DNA from: Eledone cirrhosa
Taxonomy: Eukaryota
DNA: 64,000 nt
Assembly: GCA_964016885.1 (NCBI GenBank)
Contig: OZ024741.1
Location: 259,718,001-259,782,000 of the forward strand
Reading direction: 5' to 3'
The position numbers and the translations under genes were made by a program. How positions within the stretch are numbered: the first letter of the stretch is position 1; each line of letters begins with the position of its first letter. The notes under the pieces are model-generated. The model was not told where the DNA came from, made no database searches, and saw only the letters and a program-made list of their open reading frames with translations. Of this stretch, positions 25,234-40,200 are shown one piece after another.

Positions 25234-26040
25234 CGTAAGTCGAAACACTCGTAAGCCGAAACACTCGTGAGCCGAAACACTCGTAAGTCGGAACACTCGT
25301 AAGTCAGAACACTCGTAAGTCAGAACACTCGTAAGTTAGAACACTCGTAAGTCAGAACACTCGTAAGTCAGAACACTCGTAAGTCGAAACACTCGTATCG
25401 AAACACTCGTATGTCAAAACACCCGTAAGTCAAAACACTCGTAAGTCGAAACACTCGTAAGTCGAAACACTCGTAAGCCGAAACACTCGTAAGCCGAAAC
25501 ACTCGTAAGTCGGAACACTCGTAAGTCGGAACACTCGTAAGTCAGAACACTCGTAAGTCAGAACACTCGTAAGTCAGAACACTCGTAAGTCAGAACACTC
25601 GTAAGTCGAAACACTCGTATCGAAACACTCGTATGTCAAAACACCCGTAAGTCAAAACACTCGTAAGTCGAAACACTCGTAAGTCGAAACACTCGTATGT
25701 CGAAACATCCGTAAATCAGAACACTCGTAAGTCGAAACACTCGTAAGTCGAAACACTCGTAAGCCGAAACACTCGTAAGTCGAAGCACTCGTATCGAAAC
25801 ACTCGTAAGTCGAAACACCCTTAAGTCAAAACACTCGTAAGCCAAAACACTCGTAAGTCGAAACACTCGTAAGTCGGAACACTCGTAAGTCAGAACACTC
25901 GTAAGTCAGAACACTCGTAAGTGGAAACACGCGTAAGTCGAAAGACCCGTAAGTCAAAAATCTCGTAAGTTAAAACACTCGTAAGCCGAAACACTCGTAA
26001 GTCGAAACACTCGTAAGTCGAAACTTTCGTAAAGCGAAAC

Positions 26041-26110
26041 GTATAAATAAAGATTAATGTAATCAACTTGAAAAGCATAGATATTTGAAACCGCGTCTAT
26101 TTGTTATTTT
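26041..26110 (+). repeat. 70-bp AT-rich element, type A, AATCAAC variant (copy 14)
   Basis: GTAATCAACTTG. Confidence 0.95.
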
Positions 26111-27237
26111 CGTAAGTCGAAACACTCGTAAGTCAGAACACTCGTAAGTCAGAACACTCTTAAGTCAGAACACTCGTATCGAAACACGTATGTCAAAACA
26201 CCCGTAAGTCAAAACACTCGTAAGTCGAAACACTCGTAAGTCGAAACACTCGTAAGCCGAAACAATCGTAAGTCAAAACACTCGTAAGTCGAAACACTCG
26301 TAAGCCGAAAATACTCGTAAGTCGGAACACCCGTAAGCCGAAACCCTCGTAGGTCGGAACACTCGTAAGTCGAAACACTCGTAAGTCGAAACACCCGTAA
26401 GTCGAAACACTCGTAAGTCGAAACACCCGTAAGTCGAAACATCCGTAAGTCAAAACACTCGTATGTCGAAACACTCGTAAGCCGAAACACTCGTAAGTCG
26501 GAACACTCGCAAGTCAGAACACTCGTAAGTCAGAACACTCGTAAGTCGAAACACTCGTAAGTCGAAACACCCGTAAGTCGAAACGCCCGTAAGTCAAAAC
26601 ACTCGTATGTCGAAACACTCGCAAGCCGAAAAACCGTAAGTCAGAACACTCGTAAGTCGAAACACTCGTAAATCGAAACACTCGTAAGCCGAAACACTCG
26701 TAAGCGAAAACATTCGTTAGTCGAAACACTCGTAACCCGAAACACTCGTAAGTCGAAACACTCGAAAGCCGAAACACTCGTAAGTCGAAACACTCATAAG
26801 CCGAAACACTCGTAAGTCGGAACACTCGTAAGTCAGAACACCCGTAAATCAGAACACTCGTAGTCAGAACACTCGTAAGTCGAAACACTCGTAAGCCGAA
26901 ACACTCGCAAGTCGAAGCACTCGTAATCCGAAACACTCTTAAGTCGAAACACTCGTAAGTCGGAACACTCGTAAGTCAGAACACTCGTAAGTCAGAACAC
27001 TCGTAAGTCGAAACACTCGTAAGCCGAAACATCCGTAAGTCAAAACATCCGTAAGTCAAAACATTCGTAAGTCGAAACACCCGTAGTCGAAACACTCGCA
27101 AGTCGAAACACTCGTAAGTCGAAACACGCGTAAGTCGAAACACATGTAAGTCAAAACACTCGTAAGTCAAAACACTCGTAAGCCGAAACACTCGTAAGTC
27201 GAAACACTCGTAAGTCGAAACACTCGTAAAGCGAAAC

Positions 27238-27307
27238 GTATAAATAAATATTAATGTAATGAATTTGAAAAGCATAGAGATTTGAAACCGCGTCTATTTG
27301 TTATTTT
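27238..27307 (+). repeat. 70-bp AT-rich element, type B' (copy 15)
   Basis: TAAATATT allele. Confidence 0.95.
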
Positions 27308-27954
27308 CGTAAGTCGAAACACTCGTAAGCCGAAACACTCGTGAGCCGAAACACTCGTAAGTCGGAACACTCGTAAGTCAGAACACTCGTAAGTCAGAAC
27401 ACTCGTAAGTTAGAACACTCGTAAGTCAGAACACTCGTAAGTCAGAACACTCGTAAGTCGAAACACTCGTATCGAAACACTCGTATGTCAAAACACCCGT
27501 AAGTCAAAACACTCGTAAGTCGAAACACTCGTAAGTCGAAACACTCGTAAGCCGAAACACTCGTAAGCCGAAACACTCGTAAGTCGGAACACTCGTAAGT
27601 CGGAACACTCGTAAGTCAGAACACTCGTAAGTCAGAACACTCGTAAGTCAGAACACTCGTAAGTCGAAACACTCGTATCGAAGCACTCGTATGTCAAAAC
27701 ACCCGTAAGTCAAAACACTCGTAAGTCGAAACACTCGTAAGTCGAAACACTCGTATGTCGAAACATCCGTAAATCAGAACACTCGTAAGTCGAAACACTC
27801 GTAAGTCGAAACACTCGTAAGCCGAAACACTCGTAAGTCGAAGCACTCGTATCGAAACACTCGTAAGTCGAAACACCCTTAAGTCAAAACACTCGTAAGC
27901 CGAAACACTCGTAAGTCGAAACACTCGTAAGTCGAAACATTCGTAAAGCGAAAC

Positions 27955-28024
27955 GTATAAATAAAGATTAATGTAATGAACTTGAAAAGCATAGATATTT
28001 GAAACCGCGTCTATTTGTTATTTT
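27955..28024 (+). repeat. 70-bp AT-rich element, type A (copy 16)
   Basis: A alleles. Confidence 0.95.
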
Positions 28025-30753
28025 CGTAAGTCGAAACACTCGTAAGTCAGAACACTCGTAAGTCAGAACACTCTTAAGTCAGAACACTCGTATCGAAACA
28101 CTCGTATGTCAAAACACCCGTAAGTCAAAACACTCGTAAGTCGAAACACTCGTAAGTCGAAACACTCGTAAGCCGAAACACTCGTAAGCCGAAACACTCG
28201 TAAGCCGAAACACTCGTAAGTCGGAACACTCGTAAGTCAGAACACTCATAAGTCAGAACACTCGTAAGTCAGAACACTCGTAAGTCGAAACACTCGTAAG
28301 CCGAAACACCGTAAGTCGAAACACCCGTATGTCGAAACACTCGTAAGCCGAAACACTCTTAAGTCGAAACACTCATAAGCCGAAACACTCGTAAGTCGGA
28401 ACACTCGTAAATCAGAACACCCGCAAGTCAGAACACTCGTAAATCAGAACACTCTTAAGTCGAAACTTACGTACGCCGAAACAATCGTAAGTCGAAACAC
28501 TCGTAAGTCGAAACATCCTTAAGTCGAAACACTCGTACACCGAAACACTCGTAAGTATAAACATTAGTAAGTCGAAACACTCGTATGTCGAAACACTCGT
28601 AAACCGAAACACTCGTAAGTCGGAACACTCGTAAGTCAGAACACTCGTAAGTCAGAACACTCGTAAGTCGAAACACTCATAAGTCGAAACACCCGTAAGT
28701 CGAAACACTCGTATGTCGAATAACTCGTAAGCCGAAACACCGTAAGTCAAAACACTCGTAAGTCGAAACACTCGTAAGTCGAAACACCCATAAGCCGAAA
28801 CACTCGTAAGCCAAAACATTCGTAAGTCGAAACACTCGTAAACCGAAACACTCGTAAGCCAAAACATTCGTATGTCGAAACACTCGTAAGTCGAAACACC
28901 CATAGCCGAAACACTTGTAAGTCTGAACACACGTAAGTCAGAACACCCGTAAGTCAGAACACTCGTAAGTCAGAACACTCGTAAGTCAGAACACTCGTAA
29001 GTCAGAACACTCGTAAGTCAGAGCACTCGTATCGAAACACTCGTATGTCAAAACACCCGTAAGTCAAAACACTCGTAAGTCGAAACACTCGTAAGCCGAA
29101 ACACCGTAAGCCAAAACACTCGTAAGTCGAAACACCCCTAAGTCGGAACACTCGTAAGTCGAAACACTCGTAAGTCGAAACACTCGTAAGCCGAAACACT
29201 CGTAAGCCGAAACACTCGTAAGTCGGAACACTCGTAAGTCGGAACACTCGTAAGTCAGAACACTCGTAAGTCAGAACACTCGTAAGTCAGAACACTCGTA
29301 AGTCAGAACACTCGTAAGTCGAAACACTCGTATCGAAACACTCGTATGTCAAAACACCCGTAAGTCAAAACACTCGTATGTCGAATAACTCGTAAGCCGA
29401 AACACCGTAAGTCAAAACACTCGTAAGTCGAAACACTCGTAAGTCGAAACATTCGTAAGTCGAAACATCCGTAAATCAGAACACTCTTAAGTCGAAACAC
29501 TCGTAAGTCGAAACACTCGTAAGCCGAAACACTCGTAAGTCGAAGCACTCGTATCGAAACACTCGTAAGTCGAAACACCCTTAAGTCAAAACACTCGTAA
29601 GCCAAAACACTCGTAAGTCGAAACACTCGTAAGTCGGAACACTCGTAAGTCAGAACACTCGTAAGTCAGAACACTCGTAAGTGGAAACACGCGTAAGTCG
29701 AAACACTCATAAGTCGAAACACTCGTAAGTCGAAACACCCGTAAGTCGAAACACCCGTAAGTCGAAACACTCGTATGTCGAATAACTCGTAAGCCGAAAC
29801 ACCGTAAGTCAAAACACTCGTAAGTCGAAACACTCGTAAGTCGAAACACCCATAAGCCGAAACACTCGTAAGCCAAAACATTCGTAAGTCGAAACACTCG
29901 TAAACCGAAACACTCATAAGCCAAAACATTCGTAAGTCGAAACACTCGTAAGTCGAAACACCCATAGCCGAAACACTCGTAAGTCTGAACACACGTAAGT
30001 CAGAACAGCCGTAAGTCAGAACACTCGTAAGTCAGAACACTCGTAAGTCAGAACACTCGTAAGTCAGAGCACTCGTATCGAAACACTCGTATGTTAAAAC
30101 ACCCGTAAGTCAAAACACTCGTAAGTCGAAACACTCGTAAGTCGAAACACTCGTATGTCGAAACATCCGTAAATCAGAACACTCGTAAGTCGAAACACTC
30201 GTAAGTCGAAACACTCGTAAGCCGAAACACTCGTAAGTCGAAGCACTCGTATCAAAACACTCGTAAGTCGAAACACCCTTAAGTCAAAACACTCGTAAGC
30301 CAAAACACTCGTAAGTCGAAACACTCGTAAGTCGGAACACTCGTAAGTCAGAACACTCGTAAGTCAGAACACTCGTAAGTGGAAACACGCGTAAGTCGAA
30401 AGACCCGTAAGTCAAAAATCTCGTAAGTCAAAACACTCGTAAGCCGAAACACTCGTAAGTCGAAACACTCGTAAGTCGAAACACCCGTAAGTCAGAACAC
30501 TCGTAAGTCAGAACACTCGTAAGTCGAAACACTCGTAAGCCGAAACATCCGTAAGTCAAAACATCCGTAAGTCAAAACATTCGTAAGTCGAAACACCCGT
30601 AGTCGAAACACTCGCAAGTCGAAACACTCGTAAGTCGAAACACGCGTAAGTCGAAACACATGTAAGTCAAAACACTCGTAAGTCAAAACACTCGTAAGCC
30701 GAAACACTCGTAAGTCGAAACACTCGTAAGTCGAAACACTCGTAAAGCGAAAC

Positions 30754-30823
30754 GTATAAATAAATATTAATGTAATGAATTTGAAAAGCATAGAGATTTG
30801 AAACCGCGTCTATTTGTTATTTT
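30754..30823 (+). repeat. 70-bp AT-rich element, type B' (copy 17)
   Basis: TAAATATT allele. Confidence 0.95.
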
Positions 30824-31630
30824 CGTAAGTCGAAACACTCGTAAGCCGAAACACTCGTGAGCCGAAACACTCGTAAGTCGGAACACTCGTAAGTCAGAAC
30901 ACTCGTAAGTCAGAACACTCGTAAGTTAGAACACTCGTAAGTCAGAACACTCGTAAGTCAGAACACTCGTAAGTCGAAACACTCGTATCGAAACACTCGT
31001 ATGTCAAAACACCCGTAAGTCAAAACACTCGTAAGTCGAAACACTCGTAAGTCGAAACACTCGTAAGCCGAAACACTCGTAAGCCGAAACACTCGTAAGT
31101 CGGAACACTCGTAAGTCGGAACACTCGTAAGTCAGAACACTCGTAAGTCAGAACACTCGTAAGTCAGAACACTCGTAAGTCAGAACACTCGTAAGTCGAA
31201 ACACTCGTATCGAAGCACTCGTATGTCAAAACACCCGTAAGTCAAAACACTCGTAAGTCGAAACACTCGTAAGTCGAAACACTCGTATGTCGAAACATCC
31301 GTAAATCAGAACACTCGTAAGTCGAAACACTCGTAAGTCGAAACACTCGTAAGCCGAAACACTCGTAAGTCGAAGCACTCGTATCGAAACACTCGTAAGT
31401 CGAAACACCCTTAAGTCAAAACACTCGTAAGCCAAAACACTCGTAAGTCGAAACACTCGTAAGTCGGAACACTCGTAAGTCAGAACACTCGTAAGTCAGA
31501 ACACTCGTAAGTGGAAACACGCGTAAGTCGAAAGACCCGTAAGTCAAAAATCTCGTAAGTCAAAACACTCGTAAGCCGAAACACTCGTAAGTCGAAACAC
31601 TCGTAAGTCGAAACATTCGTAAAGCGAAAC

Positions 31631-31700
31631 GTATAAATAAAGATTAATGTAATGAACTTGAAAAGCATAGATATTTGAAACCGCGTCTATTTGCTATTTT
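31631..31700 (+). repeat. 70-bp AT-rich element, type A (copy 18)
   Basis: A alleles; private TTTGCTATTTT. Confidence 0.95.
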
Positions 31701-32843
31701 CGTAAGTCGAAACACTCGTAAGTCAGAACACTCGTAAGTCAGAACACTCTTAAGTCAGAACACTCGTATCGAAACACGTATGTCAAAACACCCGTAAGTC
31801 AAAACACTCGTAAGTCGAAACACTCGTAAGTCGAAACACTCGTAAGCCGAAACAATCGTAAGTCAAAACACTCGTAAGTCGAAACACTCGTAAGCCGAAA
31901 ATACTCGTAAGTCGGAACACCCGTAAGCCGAAACCCTCGTAGGTCGGAACACTCGTAAGTCGAAACACTCGTAAGTCGAAACACCCGTAAGTCGAAACAC
32001 TCGTAAGTCGAAACACCCGTAAGTCGAAACATCCGTAAGTCAAAACACTCGTATGTCGAAACACTCGTAAGCCGAAACACTCGTAAGTCGGAACACTCGC
32101 AAGTCAGAACACTCGTAAGTCAGAACACTCGTAAGTCAGAACACTCGTAAGTCGAAACATTCGTAAGTCGAAACACCCGTAAGTCGAAACGCCCGTAAGT
32201 CAAAACACTCGTATGTCGAAACACTCGCAAGCCGAAAAACCGTAAGTCAAAACACTCGTAAGTCGAAACACTCGTAAATCTAAACACTCGTAAGCCGAAA
32301 CACTCGTAAGCGAAAAAATTCGTTAGTCGAAACACTCGTAACCTGAAACACTCGTAAGTCGAAACACTCGAAAGCCGAAACACTCGTAAGTCGAAACACT
32401 CATAAGCCGAAACACTCGTAAGTCGGAACACTCGTAAGTCAGAACACCCGTAAATCAGAACACTCGTAGTCAGAACACTCGTAAGTCGAAACACTCGTAA
32501 GCCGAAACACTCGCAAGTCGAAGCACTCGTAATCCGAAACACTCTTAAGTCGAAACACTCGTAAGTCGGAACACTCGTAAGTCAGAACACTCGTAAGTCA
32601 GAACACTCGTAAGTCGAAACACTCGTAAGCCGAAACATCCGTAAGTCAAAACATCCGTAAGTCAAAACATTCGTAAGTCGAAACACCCGTAGTCGAAACA
32701 CTCGCAAGTCGAAACACTCGTAAGTCGAAACACGCGTAAGTCGAAACACATGTAAGTCAAAACACTCGTAAGTCAAAACACTCGTAAGCCGAAACACTCG
32801 TAAGTCGAAACACTCGTAAGTCGAAACACTCGTAAAGCGAAAC

Positions 32844-32913
32844 GTATAAATAAATATTAATGTAATGAATTTGAAAAGCATAGAGATTTGAAACCGCGTC
32901 TATTTGTTATTTT
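32844..32913 (+). repeat. 70-bp AT-rich element, type B' (copy 19)
   Basis: TAAATATT allele. Confidence 0.95.
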
Positions 32914-34299
32914 CGTAAGTCGAAACACTCGTAAGCCGAAACACTCGTGAGCCGAAACACTCGTAAGTCGGAACACTCGTAAGTCAGAACACTCGTAAGT
33001 CAGAACACTCGTAAGTTAGAACACTCGTAAGTCAGAACACTCGTAAGTCAGAACACTCGTAAGTCGAAACACTCGTATCGAAACACTCGTATGTCAAAAC
33101 ACCCGTAAGTCAAAACACTCGTAAGTCGAAACACTCGTAAGTCGAAACACTCGTAAGCCGAAACACTCGTAAGCCGAAACACTCGTAAGTCGGAACACTC
33201 GTAAGTCAGAACACTCATAAGTCAGAACACTCGTAAGTCAGAACACTCGTAAGTCGAAACACTCGTAAGCCGAAACACCGTAAGTCGAAACACCCGTATG
33301 TCGAAACACTCGTAAGCCGAAACACTCTTAAGTCGAAACACTCATAAGCCGAAACACTCGTAAGTCGGAACACTCGTAAATCAGAACACCCGCAAGTCAG
33401 AACACTCGTAAATCAGAACACTCTTAAGTCGAAACTTACGTACGCCGAAACAATCGTAAGTCGAAACACTCGTAAGTCGAAACATCCTTAAGTCGAAACA
33501 CTCGTACACCGAAACACTCGTAAGTATAAACATTAGTAAGTCGAAACACTCGTATGTCGAAACACTCGTAAACCGAAACACTCGTAAGTCGGAACACTCG
33601 TAAGTCAGAACACTCGTAAGTCAGAACACTCGTAAGTCGAAACACTCATAAGTCGAAACACCCGTAAGTCGAAACACTCGTATGTCGAATAACTCGTAAG
33701 CCGAAACACCGTAAGTCAAAACACTCGTAAGTAGAAACACTCGTAAGTCGAAACACCCATAAGCCGAAACACTCGTAAGCCAAAACATTCGTAAGTCGAA
33801 ACACTCGTAAACCGAAACACTCGTAAGCCAAAACATTCGTATGTCGAAACACTCGTAAGTCGAAACACCCATAGCCGAAACACTTGTAAGTCTGAACACA
33901 CGTAAGTCAGAACACCCGTAAGTCAGAACACTCGTAAGTCAGAACACTCGTAAGTCAGAACACTCGTAAGTCAGAACACTCGTAAGTCAGAGCACTCGTA
34001 TCGAAACACTCGTATGTCAAAACACCCGTAAGTCAAAACACTCGTAAGTCGAAACACTCGTAAGCCGAAACACCGTAAGCCAAAACACTCGTAAGTCGAA
34101 ACACCCCTAAGTCGGAACACTCGTAAGTCGAAACACTCGTAAGTCGAAACACTCGTAAGCCGAAACACTCGTAAGCCGAAACACTCGTAAGTCGGAACAC
34201 TCGTAAGTCGGAACACTCGTAAGTCAGAACACTCGTAAGTCAGAACACTCGTAAGTCAGAACACTCGTAAGTCAGAACACTCGTAAGTCGAAACACTCG

Positions 34300-37200
34300 T
34301 ATCGAAACACTCGTATGTCAAAACACCCGTCAGTCAAAACACTCGTAAGTCGAAACACTCGTAAGTCGAAACATTCGTAAGTCGAAACATCCGTAAATCA
34401 GAACACTCTTAAGTCGAAACACTCGTAAGTCGAAACACTCGTAAGCCGAAACACTCGTAAGTCGAAGCACTCGTATCGAAACACTCGTAAGTCGAAACAC
34501 CCTTAAGTCAAAACACTCGTAAGCCAAAACACTCGTAAGTCGAAACACTCGTAAGTCGGAACACTCGTAAGTCAGAACACTCGTAAGTCAGAACACTCGT
34601 AAGTGGAAACACGCGTAAGTCGAAACACTCATAAGTCGAAACACTCGTAAGTCGAAACACCCGTAAGTCGAAACACCCGTAAGTCGAAACACTCGTATGT
34701 CGAATAACTCGTAAGCCGAAACACCGTAAGTCAAAACACTCGTAAGTCGAAACACTCGTAAGTCGAAACACCCATAAGCCGAAACACTCGTAAGCCAAAA
34801 CATTCGTAAGTCGAAACACTCGTAAACCGAAACACTCGTAAGCCAAAACATTCGTAAGTCGAAACACTCGTAAGTCGAAACACCCATAGCCGAAACACTC
34901 GTAAGTCTGAACACACGTAAGTCAGAACAGCCGTAAGTCAGAACACTCGTAAGTCAGAACACTCGTAAGTCAGAGCACTCGTATCGAAACACTCGTATGT
35001 CAAAACACCCGTAAGTCAAAAAACTCGTAAGTCGAAACACTCGTAAGTCGAAACACTCGTATGTCGAAACATCCGTAAATCAGAACACTCGTAAGTCGAA
35101 ACACTCGTAAGTCGAAACACTCGTAAGCCGAAACACTCGTAAGTCGAAGCACTCGTATCGAAACACTCGTAAGTCGAAACACCCTTAAGTCAAAACACTC
35201 GTAAGCCAAAACACTCGTAAGTCGAAACACTCGTAAGTCGGAACACTCGTAAGTCAGAACACTCGTAAGTCAGAACACTCGTAAGTGGAAACACGCGTAA
35301 GTCGAAAGACCCGTAAGTCAAAAATCTCGTATGTCAAAACACTCGTAAGCCGAAACACTCGTAAGTCGAAACACTCGTAAGTCGAAACACCCGTAAGTCG
35401 GAACACTCGTAAGTCAGAATACTCGTAAGTCAAAACACTCGTAAACCGGAACACCCGTAAGGCAAAACATTCGCATGTCAAAACACTCGTAAGTCGAAAC
35501 ACTCGTAAGCCGAAACACTCGTAAGTCGAAACACTCGTAAGTCGAAACACTCGTAAGTCGAAACACTCGTAAGTCAGTGCACCCGTAAGTCAGAACACTC
35601 GTAGTCAGAATACTCGTAAGTCGAAACACTCGTATGTCGAAACACCCGTAAGTCGAAACATCCGTAAGTCAAAACACTCGTATGTCGAAACACTCGTAAG
35701 CCGAAACACTCATAAGTCGAAACACTCGTAAGCCGAAACACCCGTAAGTCAAAACATTCGTAAGTCAAAACACTCGTAAGTCGAAACACCCGTAAGTCAA
35801 AACACTCGTATGTCGAAACACTCGTAAGCCGAAACAACGTAAGTAAAAACACTCGTAAGTCGAAACACCCATAAGTCGAAACACTCGTAAGCCGAAACAC
35901 TCGTAAGTCGAAACACTCATAAGCCGAAACACTCGTAAGTCGGAACACTCGTAAATCAGAACACCCGCAAGTCAGAACACTCGTAAATCAGAACACTCTT
36001 AAGTCGAAACTCACGTACGCTGAAACACTCGTAAGTCGAAACACTCGTAAGTCGAAACATCCTTAAGTCGAAACACTCGTACACCGAAACACTCGTAAGT
36101 ATAAACATTAGTAAGTCGAAACACTCGTAAGCCGAAACACTCGTAAGTCGAAACACCCGTAAATCGAAACACCCGTAAGTCAAAACACTCGTATGTCGAA
36201 ACACTCGTAAACCGAAACACTCGTAAGTCGGAACACTCGTAAGTCAGAACACTCGTAAGTCAGAACACTCGTAAGTCGAAACACTCATAAGTCGAAACAC
36301 TCGTAAGTCGAAACACCCGTAAGTCGAAACCCCCGTAAGTCGAAACACTCGTATGTCGAATAACTCGTAAGCTGAAACACCGTAAGTCAAAACACTCGTA
36401 AGTCAAAACACTCGTAAGTCGAAACACCCATAAGCCGAAACACTCGTAAGCCAAAACATTCGTAAGTCGAAACACTCGTAAACCGAAACACTCGTAAGCC
36501 AAAACATTCGTAAGTCGAAACACTCGTACGTCGAAACACCCATAGCCGAAACACTCGTAAGTCGGAACACACGTAAGTCAGAACACCCGTAAGTCAGAAC
36601 ACTCGTAAGTCAGAACACTCGTAAGTCAGAGCACTCGTATCGAAACACTCGTATGTCAAAACACCCGTAAGTCAAAACACTCGTAAGTCGAAACACTCGT
36701 AAGCCGAAACACCGTAAGCCAAAACACTCGTAAGTCGAAACACCCGTAAGTCGGAACACTCGTAAGTCGAAACACTCGTAAGTCGAAACACTCGTAAGCC
36801 GAAACACTCGTAAGCCGAAACACTCGTAAGTCGGAACACTCGTAAGTCGGAACACTCGTAAGTCAGAACACTCGTAAGTCAGAACACTCGTAAGTCAGAA
36901 CACTCGTAAGTCAGAATACTCGTAAGTCGAAACACCCGTAAGTCGAAACACCCGTAAGTCGAAACACTCGTATGTCGAATAACTCGTAAGCCGAAACACC
37001 GTAAGTCAAAACACTCGTAAGTCGAAACACTCGTAAGTCGAAACACCCATAAGCCGAAACACTCGTAAGCCAAAACATTCGTAAGTCGAAACACTCGTAA
37101 ACCGAAACACTCGTAAGCCAAAACATTCGTAAGTCGAAACACTCGTAAGTCGAAACACCCATAGCCGAAACACTTGTAAGTCTGAACACACGTAAGTCAG

Positions 37201-40200
37201 AACACCCGTAAGTCAGAACACTCGTAAGTCAGAACACTCGTAAGTCAGAACACTCGTAAGTCAGAGCACTCGTATCGAAACACTCGTATGTCAAAACACC
37301 CGTAAGTCAAAACACTCGTAAGTCGAAACACTCGTAAGCCGAAACACCGTAAGCCAAAACACTCGTAAGTCGAAACACCCGTAAGTCGGAACACTCGTAA
37401 GTCGAAACACTCGTAAGTCGAAACACTCGTAAGCCGAAACACTCGTAAGCCGAAACACTCGTAAGTCGGAACACTCGTAAGTCGGAACACTCGTAAGTCA
37501 GAACACTCGTAAGTCAGAACACTCGTAAGTCAGAACACTCGTAAGTCAGAACACTCGTAAGTCGAAACACTCGTATCGAAACACTCGTATGTCAAAACAC
37601 CAGTAAGTCGAAACACTCGTATCGAAACACTCGTATGTCAAAACACCAGTAAGTCAAAACACTCGTAAGTCGAAACACTCGTAAGCCGAAACACCGTAAG
37701 TCGAAACACCCGTATGTCGAAACACTCGTAAGCCGAAACACTCGTAAGTCGAAACACTCGTAGTCGAAACACTCGTAAGTCGAAACACCCGTAAGTCGAA
37801 ACACTCGTAAGTCGAAACACTCGTAAGCCGAAACACTCGTAAGTCGAAACACTCATAAGCCGAAACACTCGTAAGTCGAAACACTCGTAAGTCAGAACAC
37901 TCGTAGTCAGAACACTCGTAAGTCAAACCACTCGTAAGCCGAAACACTCGTAAGTCGAAACACTCGTAAGTCGAAACACTCGTAAGTCGAAAAACTCGTA
38001 AGCCGGAACACTCGTAAGTCAGAACACTCGTAAGTCAGAACACTCGTAAGTCGAAACACTCGTAAGCCGAAACACCCGTAAGTCGAAACATTCGTAAGTC
38101 GAAACACCCGTAAGTCGAAACACTCGTAAGTCGAAACACTCGTAAGTCGAAACACCGTAAGTCAAAACACTCGTATGTCGAAACATCCGTAAATCAGAAC
38201 ACTCCTAAGTCAAAACACTCGTAAGTCGAAACACTCGTAAGTCAAAAATACTCGTAAGTCGAAACACCCTTAAGTAAAAACACTCGTAAGTCGCAACACT
38301 CGTAAGCCGAAACACCCGTCAGTTAAAACACCCGTAAGTCGAAACACTCGTAAGTCAAAACTCTCGTACGCCGAAACACTCGTAAGTAAAAACATTAGTA
38401 AGTCGAAACACTCGTAAGCCGAAACACTCATAAGTCGAAACACTCGTAAGCCGAAACACCCGTAAGTCAAAACATTCGTAAGTCAAAACACTCGTAAGTC
38501 GAAACACCCGTAAGTCGAAACACTCGTATGTCGAAACACTCGTAAGCCGAAACACCGTAAGTAAAAACACTCGTAAGTCGAAACACCCACAAGTCGAAAC
38601 ACTCGTAAGCCGAAACACTCGTAAGTCGAAACACTCATAAGCCGAAACACTCGTAAGTCGGAACACTCGTAAATCAGAACACCCGCAAGTCAGAACACTC
38701 GTATCGAAACACTCGTATGTCAAAACACCCGTAAGTCAAAACACTCGTAAGTCGAAACACTCGTAAGCCGAAACACCGTAAGTAAAAAAACTCGTAAGTC
38801 GAAATACTCGTAAGTCGAAACACTCGTAAGCCGAAACAATCGTAATTCAAAACACTCGTAAGTCGAAACACTCGTAAGCCGAAACAATCGTAAGTCGAAA
38901 CACTCGTAAGCCGAAAATACTCGTAAGTCGGAACACCCGTAAGCCGAAACACTCGTATGTCGAAACACTCGTAAGCCGAAACAACATAAGTAAAAACACT
39001 CGTAAGTCGAAACACCCATAAGTCGAAACACTCGTAAGCCGAAACACTCGTAAGTCGAAACACTCATAAGCCGAAACACTCGTAAGTCGGAACACTCGTA
39101 AATCAGAACACCCGCAAGTCAGAACACTCGTAAATCAGAACACTCTTAAGTCGAAACTCACGTACGCCGAAACACTCGTAAGTCGAAACACTCGTAAGTC
39201 GAAACATCCTTAAGTCGAAACACTCGTACACCGAAACACTCGTAAGTATAAACATTAGTAAGTCGAAACACTCGTATGTCGAAACACTCGTAAACCGAAA
39301 CACTCGTAAGTCGGAACACTCGTAAGTCAGAACACTCGTAAGTCAGAACACTCGTAAGTCAGAACACTCGTAAGTCAGAATACTCGTAAGTCGAAACACC
39401 CGTAAGTCGAAACACCCGTAAGTCGAAACACTCGTATGTCGAATAACTCGTAAGCCGAAACACCGTAAGTCAAAACACTCGTAAGTCGAAACACTCGTAA
39501 GTCGAAACACCCATAAGCCGAAACACTCGTAAGCCAAAACATTCGTAAGTCGAAACACTCGTAAACCGAAACACTCGTAAGCCAAAACATTCGTAAGTCG
39601 AAACACTCGTAAGTCGAAACACCCATAGCCGAAACACTTGTAAGTCTGAACACACGTAAGTCAGAACACCCGTAAGTCAGAACACTCGTAAGTCAGAACA
39701 CTCGTAAGTCAGAACACTCGTAAGTCAGAGCACTCGTATCGAAACACTCGTATGTCAAAACACCCGTAAGTCAAAACACTCGTAAGTCGAAACACTCGTA
39801 AGCCGAAACACCGTAAGCCAAAACACTCGTAAGTCGAAACACCCGTAAGTCGGAACACTCGTAAGTCGAAACACTCGTAAGTCGAAACACTCGTAAGCCG
39901 AAACACTCGTAAGCCGAAACACTCGTAAGTCGGAACACTCGTAAGTCGGAACACTCGTAAGTCAGAACACTCGTAAGTCAGAACACTCGTAAGTCAGAAC
40001 ACTCGTAAGTCAGAACACTCGTAAGTCGAAACACTCGTATCGAAACACTCGTATGTCAAAACACCAGTAAGTCGAAACACTCGTATCGAAACACTCGTAT
40101 GTCAAAACACCAGTAAGTCAAAACACTCGTAAGTCGAAACACTCGTAAGCCGAAACACCGTAAGTCGAAACACCCGTATGTCGAAACACTCGTAAGCCGA

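Larger units (their letters stand above)
20970..26350 (+). repeat. ~2.1-kb block (B, B', A elements) duplicated at a 3268-3269-bp offset
   Basis: 21145->24414, 21896->25164 and 22773->26041; shared private AATCAAC SNP. Confidence 0.85.
24930..35400 (+). repeat. Higher-order tandem duplication, ~5.6/4.9-kb unit
   Basis: Offsets 25636->31226 and 26193->31783 (5590); 26976->32582 (5606); 28412->33381 (4969); 30094->35000 (4906). Confidence 0.8.
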